Below, one piece after another: positions 25,501 to 37,500 of a DNA stretch of 64,000 nucleotides. Origin of the DNA: Tubulanus polymorphus (Eukaryota; Animalia; Nemertea); the NCBI RefSeq assembly GCF_964204645.1, contig NC_134033.1:15508655-15572654 (forward strand). The letters run 5' to 3'. Within the stretch, counting starts at the first letter, position 1, and every line of letters begins with the position of its first letter. The translations under genes and the position numbers were made by a program. Below the pieces are notes generated by a model. It saw nothing but the letters and a program-made list of their open reading frames with translations. It searched no databases and was not told the DNA's origin.

Positions 25501-28500
25501 GCGCACTCAGGCTTATCATGTCTTGGAGAAGTGTCGGAGACAAAATGCAACGATCGACGAGTGACAAGTTGCCAATCTTAGAGTTTATTTCAAATGTTTA
25601 AATGCGAACAGGTTTAAAAATAGATGAGAGAAATACAAAGCATGAAATCATTGTCATAAAAATGGCGCAAGTAGAGGAATAGATATAAAGAAAAGCAATC
25701 AGTGAATACAAATCAGTCGTCCTAACCGTCAGCCAGCTAAAGCGTTATTAGGCAGAGTCTCACGATGCCATCAGGCTCCCGAGGGAGGATGCCAGATAGT
25801 ATAGTCAACGCATGAAACCTTTTTTGTAGAAACAAATATGGCATGGGCTCTTCGTTATAGAGAATATGATAGAGTTCTTTCGAAACGCCCCCGGTATAGG
25901 CAAAATATTTAAACACTATCGTTCAGTAGTTAAATGTAAAATATATGTATGTATATATGAAGGCTGGTAGCGGTCATGCCAGGGTGGAAAACCAGGAAGA
26001 GGCATCTCGACCGGCCGATTTGACCTCGATTATCAAGGTGAGTGCGTCGTTTGGCTTATCGAAGGTCAAGGTCATTACCACCACTACTACTACTACTACT
26101 GCTACTATTAGCTTGCCGCGACGCTTGATTTTTTAACGCGAATCGACAGCTGCAATTTTTCACTAATAATCAAACAGGTGCATGTATGTCATAATCAGGT
26201 GCATCTTTACAATGTTCAATCAGCTGCACACTCGTTCAATAACATCAGATGCGGTAGTTACGTATGTGCACTTATGATAATTTCAACGCGGTACGGGTAG
26301 ATGATGCGGGTACCATCAAACAGCACCTGTACTATCAGGTGCATTGATGTATGTTCCACCAGATGCGTAAAGTATCATTTTTGAAAGATCAAGAAAAACT
26401 GAGCCAAATTCTTAAGTAATTGAAAATAAGCACTTAACTTTTATTCTTGATTAAGCCTTTGACATTTATGGAATTTATCTTAACTTTTCTCGGTTTGGAC
26501 GGGTATAAATCATTGATTGATACTAATGATAATCATTTTTATTGATAATTGGTAGCAATTTTGTTGATAATTTCTTTTTCATGCAATTTAATGATCGCTT
26601 TATTTTTAACAAGTGATTGATTTTTCTCACAACTTTTGCACAGAATTTACTAACATCACTGACATCGTATCATATTTCTACTAATATCGACGTGTTAATC
26701 TTGTATTTGTAGAAGAATGTGAAGATTAGATTATATTCTAGTTCCACACTTAAGAGCGGAACTGTGGAACCAGGTCCTGAGCTCCACAGTGTTTGAATTA
26801 ACTTTTGACTCGAATGACATTCTGTTAAACCCACAACCATCAAACTAGGCTCAGTTCTACAATTGTTGGTAAAGTTTCGACTCCCGGGGCCAGTTGTGCA
26901 GTTACACAGTTGCACAGTGAACACGGTTTAGATCTGAAACTAGTGTTCATTAACCAATCTAACAACTTGTTCTTAAGACCACTTTTGGACTTCTCGACAA
27001 TGGAACCAGACCCAAGGGCCACTCGTGTGGTCAATCGTGGTTTGATTTAGATTTAGGCATAGATTTAAGACCGGCCTATGGGCATGTTAATTCTTTAGTC
27101 AATCTAACAACTTGAGATGAGTCTTAAGAGCAAGACCACCTTTGGACTAAAGCGACAACTGTGCAACTGGGCCCAGAAAAAAATTCAAAATCCAACCAAG
27201 AACTACGGCGCCAGGTGCTGAATCATGATTCAAAACTTGTTCTTTTCGTGAGATACTTGATTTCATTTCTCGTGGTTTCGTGAGCGCGGATGAATACAGT
27301 AATCGTTTAGTAGACAAAAACCCACAATAAAAAAGAAAACCTATCTGATAGTTTGACGTTTTGGGTTTTAGTCGACTAATTGATATTGGACAGCCATTTG
27401 TCCATGGAAACCAACAGTAATCGTTGTCTGTTTTTCTAGTCACTGTTAGCTGTAGATGTCAGCGTGATGGTCAACTTCCTACCGACTTTATTAAATCAAC
27501 TGTTTCATCTGTTACCGCATACTAACAGCGAAGAAGTAGCTTTGAATACCGTCAGGTTCGTATTCGTTACACGGGGTGGCGCCACTGACCTGGAAAACTC
27601 AGGGAATTTGGATAATGCTATCGACCAGGGCTTGGTTTCATAGAGGTGGAAGAAAGATAGTCCCTGGGAACATTTTGAAATTCATCAGTTATAACCATGG
27701 TTTCTTATTGTTACTACGGTGGTTGTCGTCCAGATTGAGGATTTACCCCTTGGGATAACTTCGATACTCAGTCTATGAAACCGGGCCCAGGGGATTGGCT
27801 GCTCAAAGGTTTGTTAAGATAATCGGTAGAAAAGTTCTTAACCTACAGTTGGGTCTAACCAACATTTGAGCAACCGCCCCCTGGCGTTGCCTTATCAATA
27901 ATACGTGATTCAATGAATAATGAATGAATTGTAACCGTTTAAACCTAGAAAGTTCTCTGATTAATCGGGGAAAAATCTGGGATAACCCGGGGAATTTGTA
28001 AATTGCCGGAAAGTGGCCACCCTGGTCAAATTTCTTGTCTGTCTTCAGGGATGAAAATTTTTGAATCGCTTGAAAATGAAATGTGAATAATTGTATTGTT
28101 GTAGGGTGCTCGTACATGTGATTTCAATGGTGCACAGTGTTAAAAAAGACGACATACTTCATTCCTATGTTAAGGTAACAAAAAGCTGCCTTATTTTCTT
28201 TCATCTATCTTTCCATTTCAAAACAAACAGGTAAAGAAGAATGGATTGTAATTGTCAAAACATAGCTTCGCAGTTCTTAGATGTTTGTGACATAGAAGTC
28301 GGTATCAGGAGTCAGAAAAAAATGTTGCCCTCGGACTGGATTTGAACCAGCGACCTAAGGAGTTCAGCTCTGGAGATGCCTTCTACAGTCCTCCGCTCTA
28401 CCAACTGAGCTACCGAGGGCAGATATTAAAATTGTAACGTCTTGAAACTAAGTATTTTACTTGTCTCTGATGCCAGGTGTCGATAATAGGCCCATTTTGA

Positions 28501-31500
28501 TAATCACACCTGTTGGATATTTTCTGTCAGCTTTAACCCTTTTAGTGCTGATAGTTTCATTCCCTAAAGGCTGCAGATAATTTGAATGTTTTGGAAAATT
28601 CCATCCCAGTGCGGTGTATAACAGGCATACCACTAAACTGTGAATACCCCACAGTGCGGTGTATAACAGGCATACCACTAAACTGCATCTATTCCATAGT
28701 GCAGTGTATAACTGGCATACCATTAAATTGTATCTACCCCATAGTACGGTGTATAAAAGGCATACCACTAAACTGCAAATACCCCACAGTGCGGTGTATA
28801 ACAGGCATATCACTAAACTGCATCTACCCCATAGTGCGTATAACCTGGAAACCACTATATTGCATTTACTTTGCTGTGCAGTGTATCTTTAGATATTTGT
28901 ATTTACAATGTTTGACAGATGCAACCATCTTTCAATAGAGATGATTAGTAACTAAATGGATACATCGCACCGTGGGTGCATACAATATAGGGTGGATAGA
29001 TTATACACCGCATTAACGGCATTTCATGCACTGAAACAGTTAATTTCATGAGAATTTATTCATTTTTCGTCAGTACGTTTTTCGAACGACCGAAGCCAAA
29101 CATAAAACGGTGCACGAAGAACTGGCGAAGAATCTGACGATGTTACTGCGACCTCAGAAAACTGATCATCTAGTCCTGCAAAAACTGCTCAAACATTGCT
29201 GGTTCTTCTTCGAAATAATGATCAAAAGTATGGCTCAACATCTACTGACGACTGGCAGAATCAAGGTAAATTTAACTCATCCTCTGCCTCCATTAACCCC
29301 AATCTTCTGCCACACCCTCTTTATGTATCATCCTCCATTCATTTCCCTCTTTCCCTCTATCCCTTCATCTCCCTCTCTCTCTAACCAATCCCTTACCCTC
29401 CCTTTCCCTTGCTCCCTGAACGATATCTCTTTCTCACTCTCTCTGCCTATCATCTTCTCTCTCTCTCTCTCTAATCAATCCCTCGCCATCTCTCCAATTC
29501 CTCTCCCTCGTCCTCTCATTCTCGTCATTCAATCTCCTTCTCTCTCCCTTCATCCTCTTTCCAACTCTTCCCTGTAACTCTTCCTCTACCTACCTTCCAT
29601 TTCCTCTAAAATCAGACCAGTTTCTGATAGCTATAGTTTGCAGCTAATCTCAGTGTGTGCGATGTATATTTTTCTAGATGTCTCGTAACGAACGTTTCCC
29701 ACCCGATTATCAATTCCGTCTGCAGAACATGCTACAAGCTCTAATCAATCATATCATGCACAAATGTAAAGAGATGCCGGTTGAGACTCGAGCTGCTAAC
29801 CGCAGTCTGGCGAATTTCATCAGGGTAAGTAGTGCACAATCAACATTTCATTTATTTAGTTCAGTTCATTTGATGAACTCATCAATTAGATACGAGGCAA
29901 GTTACAAAGAACATTACATACAATATGAGCACATCAGGGATTCAAAGAAATCCTATGGATTGTCAAAGTTGAACCCCAGCAAATTTGACAAATTTTACCC
30001 AAAACCTGAAAAACCCATGAAATTTAACAGAGAGTTGGGACAAATTTTGCCAAAAACCTGACATTTTGATAATGCCTTTGACCTTTTGAATTCAATTAAG
30101 ATGAATGAATTTTATCATTTTATCATCAGCTAGAAATTTCTCTGAAGGACCAACCGGTCAGCAGAATTTGTCTCGCTATATTCAAGAGGGTTACTTAAAG
30201 GAAAGAATTAAGAACAATTTTTTTTGGTTTTGTTTTTACGCCAGGGTTGTTTCACGTTCATGGACCGAGGAGTTGTGTTTCGTTTCATAAACATCTACAT
30301 GGATCATTTCAACATCGGCGACACGAAGGTATCATCTATAATTCATATTAACCCTTTCCATTCGACGTTCGACTTGATTCTGTCTATGTAAAATGGTAAT
30401 TCGATTGTTTTCAGGTGAAACACGAATATAAGTTTGAATTTCTGGAAACGCTGTGTAATTTCGAACACTACATTCCGTTGAACCTGCCGCTGATGAAAAA
30501 AGGCAACATAAAGACTTATAAAGGTAATAAAACTCTAGCTTCATTCCTCGTATTGATTGTACCCTTTTACACCGGGGTAGAATTCATCCGTTAGGTCCAA
30601 TTGTACAGTCGAGACCTTAGAAGCCTGTAACAATCTTGGTTATATAGCTTATCTAACAACTTAAGACCAGTCTAAGCTCATTTTGGTTCTATAGCCAATC
30701 TAACAACTTATTACCAGTCTAAGCTCATTTTGGTTCTATAGCTAATCTAACAACTTAAGACCAGTCTAAGCTCATTTTGGTTCTATAACCAATCTAACAA
30801 CTTAAGACCAGTCTAAGCTCATTTTGGTTCTATAGCTAATCTAACAACTTATTACCAGTCTAAGCTCATTTTGGTTCTATAACCAATCTAACAACTTAAG
30901 ACCAGTCTAAGCTCATTTCGATTCTATAGCCAATCTAACAACTTAAGAACAGTATAAGCTCATTTGGTTCTATAACCAATCTAACAACTTAAAACCAGTC
31001 TAAGCTCAGTTTGGTTCTATAACCGATCTAATAACTTAAGACCAGTCTACGTTCATTTTTGTCTTTTAGCCAATCTAACAACTTAAGACCTGTCCTTACT
31101 TGACCCACGGAGATGTTTGATCCACAGCTGCTTATCATATGTTGTTAACTCTCTATAACTGACTAATTGAAACAATGTGCTGTAGTTTCAGGAGTAAATA
31201 ATGACGATCCATTAGGCCTGTCTAAAGGGCCTGTCGAGGGTAATGAATAGTGTATTACATTCTAAATATCAAACTGGAATCATTCCCCGGTATTGGTTGC
31301 AAAATCTTGCCTGAGAATCAGTTGAATTTAGTGTCAGTGATTGTTTCGTGCACGGTATAAATCAATCCTTCAATAGGCGCAATTCAGGCTTTCTATGGTA
31401 TTGATTGAGGTTCTATTTCAAATTGAGATCTTGTTTCTTATTTTTGCACGTCTACTTTGAAGAAATCAGTTTAGAAGGTAAACTAACCTTGCTACGTAAG

Positions 31501-34500
31501 GTTTCAGCGTCGTGGTTTTTCTTCTATTTAGTAAATGGTTGTTTCATGGTTCCCACAGAACAGGGAAATTGGGAAAAACTTGGGAATTTGGAAATGATAA
31601 TTCGCGGTTTGGAAATATTTGGGAATTTGAGAAATTTTCCCCAAATCAGGGAAATTTTTTGGAAATTCATTAAATTTCACATATTGCATTTGCCAAGGGC
31701 AACTTCAGCGATTTCCCTTGAAAATCACCTTTATCAACCAGTCACCGCAAAAATGTTGACTGTAGCATGATAATGTCTGTTCATTTCCATTTGGGAAAAT
31801 TGAAAAATCACCCATGGAATACTTGGGAAAAACTTGGGAATTTTGAATTCATATAACTGTGGGAACCATGTTGTTTGTTTCTGGTTTTATTTGGTTTCAT
31901 CTAGGAGTATCTAAAGCCGGGCGTAGGTCGGCGTTGCGACGCGACTCGATCGTCGCGTTGCGTCACAAGTGGCCGCGCAAGTCTGTTGCGACGCGGTTGT
32001 CAGCGACTGTGTGCGACTAATGTCTATTTATTAATGGATGAGACCTGTTTTTCTGGGATATTTTGCTTACTTTTTGGGGTACATACCTCATTTATGTCTT
32101 AACAGAATGCCAAAAATCGCGGACAACAACTGAATATCCGATATATTTCCAGTTCTGTACCAATTAGATGGATTGGCAAAAAGACTCCTTAAGTCCAGTT
32201 GAATGAGAGAGAAAATCCTCCATTTTGTCAAATTTCTTGAATTTTTACATTGTCACCATGCCTACGAAATGAAGTTATTTTTCTTGTGGGGTCTCAACAA
32301 CTAAATCAGGGTGGCGTAGGCATGGTAACAATGTTCAAATCCAAGAAATTTGACAAAATGGAGGATTTTCTCTCTCATTCAACTGGACTTAAGGAGTCTT
32401 TTTGCCAATCCATCTAATTGGTACAGAACTGGAAATATATCGGATATTCAGTTGTTGTCCGCGATTTTTGGCATTCTGTTAAGACATAAATGAGGTATGT
32501 ACCCCAAAAAGTAAGCAAAATATCCCAGAAAAACAGGTCTCATCAATTAATAAATAGACATTAGTTGCTGCCAGTCGCAATAGCACGCAGGTCGGTTGCG
32601 ACGGTCGCGTCGCGTTGCAGAAAGTAGAACATGTGCGACTCATTGCGACTGGCGTCGCTGGCAGTCGCAACCTGTCGCTGGCAGTCGCAATGTAGCGTAG
32701 GTCGGTGAGTCGTTGCGACGCGATCGTCGCTGGCGGTCGCAGTGAGTCGCGTCGCAGTGAGTCGCAAGCCGTCGCAAGGCCGACCTACGCCCGCCTTAAC
32801 GTAACGTAGTATTGTGTCGTATGGATAGACGCTTCACATGCTTTGTCATATGTACTTTCAGTACTTTGTTGTACGCTGATATTCTCGACTCTTCGAAATT
32901 GTTCGTTGTCTTAAATGTTCTCAAAGTATGAAGAAATTAGTGAAAAACCAATATTCGAAATATTTGTCGAAATTCTTTCCCTCAAAAAGTCAGACCTATT
33001 TGCCTTCCAAATATCAACCACTCCATAATCATTTTGATCATTTCTTTAAAAGCGATCATCCTTTCCAATTGCTTTATTCGTGGCTTTCGCGATATGCTTT
33101 ATCTGAACATCTAGCTTTGTGATTTAAGTGTTATACGTATTTGGTCAGCTATATAGCAATTCACAGCTAAAGGGTTAAAACGACTCGGTCAAGTCAATTT
33201 CACAAAACAAGGGATTGATTTGAATGAATAATAAGAAAAGAAGTAAGTCATTAGTTACCAATCATAATTTTGTATTTGTGGGACTAGACAAGGGGTCAGA
33301 TGTTGCACAGTAATGGCTAAGATCAAAAACAAGTCTAAGACAATGTTAGTTCTAACTACAAGCAATTATCTGAACGACAGATTCAGATAATTGCTAGTAG
33401 GTTCTAATAACTTAAGCTCATTTGGCTTCTATAGCCAATCTAACAACTTAAGACCAGTCTAAGCTCATTTTGGTTCAAAAGCCAATTTAACAACTTAAGA
33501 CCAGTCTTTATGACTTTAAGACCACTTATTGACTTAAGTCGAACTGGTCCCTAGGCCCTGGGCCGGTTCCATAGTAGAAACTTAAGTCCAAAGGTGATCT
33601 TTACTCTTTTGACCGATCTTTAGTCTAAGCCATAACTATGGAACCAGCAGGGGATAAATCCTTAAATTCTCCTTTTTTCAAAACTTGCTCATCGTATCCT
33701 AAACAATTCTCACTAATTTTTCCTCATTTCAGATTTGAAACACGACTATCAGCTGTCTGAGGAATATCGGTGTAATCACTTCCTCACCGGTTTACTACTC
33801 GACGAGACGCGCTCGGCGCTGAACGAACTCTCCGACATCCGCCGATTCGCGATCGTCGTCTTACGCAACATCCTCGCTAAACATTCGTTCGACGATCGAT
33901 ACTCGTCGAAGGTTCGTTTCACTTATCTCCCTCTAGGGGGCGCTAAATCTATCATTCCATGGGCGAATCTATGTACATAAGCCTATCATCTGGAGAGGTT
34001 TATAGATCAAATTACTGGTACTAGACCTTTTGATGATGTCATTGGGGAGATATTACAGAGGCAATCATCTAGAAGGATCTAGGCAAATTTAATGATATCA
34101 TAAGGGGTTTTATAGTGGCGGCCATGTTCGTTGGACGGTCCTATTTGTGATTGAATGACTAGGTTATGATGTCATAGGGTGAATAACTAGGTTATAGTAT
34201 CATAGGGAGATTGAGCTATCGGTTCTGGATGGGCAACTATCTTATCTGGCAGGGGGTCTACAAACACTTGGCGATTTGATGATGTGATTGAGTGAGATTC
34301 ATCCATCTTTATCTAAATTCTGAATTCTCTTCACAGCAACATCAATATTTCATTTATGTAAACACTAGGCAATTTGATGATGTCATAGGGTATATCCAGG
34401 AGGCGGCCATTTTATCCTGAATTCTGAACTCTCTTTACAGCAACATCAATATTTCATCTATATAAACACTTTGATGATGTCATAGGGTATATCCAGGAAG

Positions 34501-37500
34501 CGGCCATTTTTTCCTGAATTCTGAACTCTCTTTGTTTCTTTCTCTCTGCAGCAACATCAGAGTCGTATCGCGTCGTTGTATCTGCCGTTGATTTCTGTTA
34601 TTCTCGAAAATGTCAATCGTTTGAACGCGAGAGACCGTCGTAAAGTCGGGCAGACGCCGAACAACAATGAATCACAACAACAGCAACAACAGACGGCGGC
34701 GATAGAAACGCCGGACACTCCGAATAAATCAGCGACACTCACACACTCTCGCAGTAATCTGACGGTCGATCAGAATTCAAATAGTCCGGCGTTAAAACGC
34801 GATTCTAAAGTGCTGGCAATGATAGCCTGTAAGTCTATTTACATCAATATCCGGTCGGTTATTATCGATATTTTATGAATCCATTCGAACAGGGGCGGAT
34901 CTAGGGGGAGACCTGCTTTCCTTAAGAGATTGTCCTTTTTAACAAGATAGACATCTTCGAAGTCAAAACCTTCAAACACTCCCGTCTGAAAATGCATCTT
35001 TTCCAATGAATTTCTACACAAATTTAGAGCACCGATTGATCAGGGGTTGATCGAGGGGAATGGTTTCTCGGGTATGGACCTCTGCCTTTGACTTCGAGAT
35101 TGCTCTTTTTTGTCGAGATCCCTGCAAATTTGATGCTCATTCTCTCAGAAATTGCATCTTTTTCGATGGATGTCTGCAAAAATTTCAAATGCTTAAAAGG
35201 AACTCCGCTTGGAACCTTGGAACCACTGCAACTCCTTTACCCGATGAAAATATTTTTCTCCTGGATTATACACCGCATACCCTTCCAATTTTCCTAGATC
35301 GGCCCCCGTAGATAGGTTACAGCCTTGAGATAGAAACTCCCGTAAAAAAAAAAAAACATTAAGATTTGTGTCGTCATGTTTCATCGTAACAGCGCCGGGA
35401 TTGGATCTGTTGGACAGTAAAGGGATCGCCGGGTCGACGACCTCGTTAATCAGTAACGTGTCGTCTGCTTCTGCGTTGAATCTAGAACAATCGGGAACAC
35501 TTCATAAATCGGACAGCTTTAACCAGAATGAACCGGTCGAAATCAGACATAAACGGTAAGAAATATAACCCCACCTATGAGACCATCAATTCATGTAGTG
35601 ATATTCGTTTAAGATGATACCGATTTACGTTTTTATTTTGAACAGTAATGATTCGGTAGTGACACAGTCTGCAGGGGGAGGAGGTGCTGTTCTCAGAACT
35701 GATAAATTCAAATTTCAAGAAACTAAAGATCTTCTCATTGGATTCTTGTACATCGTGAAAAACCTCTCTGAAAGTAAGTTCATCTAACCTTTCATATATC
35801 TCTCGAATCTGCTCTCTTAAACTGTCTATGTCCTCAGTATAAAAACTCATGATTACAAGCTGTCAAATATCCTATGAGTTTCCTATTTAAAATGAAGAGA
35901 ACTGTCACTTCAACTATAAGTCTATAACCTCAGTATAAAACTGGTCAAATATCTGTCAGTTTTCCATTTGTAATGAATAGAACTGGTCTATGAAACTGTC
36001 CCTTCAATTATAAGTCTATAACCTCGGTATAAAACTGGTCAAATACATGTTAGTTTTCTATTTGTAATGAAGAGAAATGCTCTATAAGACTTCAACTATA
36101 AGCCTATAGCCTCCGTATAATAAAACTCATGATTTCTAGCTGTTGAATATCCCATCAGTTTTCTATTAGTAGTTGCAAAGAGCTGCTCTATAAGACTGTT
36201 ATAACCTCAGCGTAAATCCCATGAATATCATCTCACCGACTGTTTCTATGTATTTTAGATGTTCTACTCGGCTGGTTTAACAATTCATCCGAAAATGATA
36301 TATTAGATTTTTTCTCCATAATACAGTAGGTATCTGTGAACAATCCTTTGCCAAGTTTTTTCTGGCATTGCTGACTATGTCAGTGATTTCATTTCGAATG
36401 TTTTTGTTCGTAGGGTTTCGTTGAAAAACTTTGAATACGGCGGCAGAAAAAGAATTTGTACTTTAAGGTACGTTGTCATTCCATACATGGTTCCCAGGGT
36501 ACCTGGAAAATGGGAAACACCCGATATTTCAACTTAATACTTCCCTGTCTGGAAATATTTGGGAATCTGATAGATTCTCCTCTAATCCTGGAAATATTAA
36601 GGAAATTTGGTTTATGTTGATTATGTAGCCTAGTTCCAGGATGTAAATCGCTGGCCCGAAGGGCAACTTTTCTCAGCAGTCTTTCTTGAAAATCACTTTT
36701 CCAGACTAGAATTTCGACATCCCTCTTGTGTATGATGGTATAACTTCTACGAAGAGAAAATCGAAAAAAAATCACCAATTTAATACTTTTAAATTCATGT
36801 TACTGTGGGAACAAAATTTATTCATCCAGACCTTTTCCCTAAGAAATTTATAAGCTATTCCTTGAAATACTTTTAAGTTTATGTTATATATATTTATCCA
36901 GACCTTCACTTCTAACTAAGAGATTTATAAGCTATAAATGAGTTTTGTATGATTATAGTATGATAAGTGATTCGAATGTGAAATCGAACACTTTACCGAG
37001 TAAACTACCGTCGAGGCCGTCCGCGCCGACACGCGCTATCAGTCAATATGGTGAAGCACCAGACGGAACTTATCACTGTAAGTACACAATCTATTCATCT
37101 CCAACTAATCGGCTAAAATAGACAGCGTGGTACCACTGACCTGGAAAACTCAGAGAATCAGAAAACTCGGGGAATTTGACAAATATAGGTAAAATAGGCC
37201 GGGTGTTGCTACTGACTTGGAAAACCTGGAGAATCAAAAATATCTAGAAAAAATCGGAAAACTTAGGGAATTAGGATAATGCTATTGACCACATGTTTCT
37301 TTATCAATACGTAATTCCATGAATGATGAATGAATTGTAACATTCTTAACCGAGAAATTCCTCGGGATTCACTCGGGGAATTTTGTGTAATCACATGGAA
37401 ATGTCAGGTAAACGTCAGGGAATTTGTGAATTGGTGATGCCACCCTGATAGATACGAGCATAGTTGCGCCAACAATTTGGAGAAGGGTATAGGAGGGATA

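Noticed and set aside
28457-28938. Cys-rich repeat ORFs
   Set aside because: They are the internal 60-bp repeats of a TTAA-flanked MITE
29266-29610. Pro/Ser/Leu extension of ORF 29110-29577
   Set aside because: Read-through past a clear donor into a CT-rich intronic tract
32479-32767. Minus-strand ORFs of 63-68 aa
   Set aside because: They lie in the arms of the foldback element and show no transposase motifs
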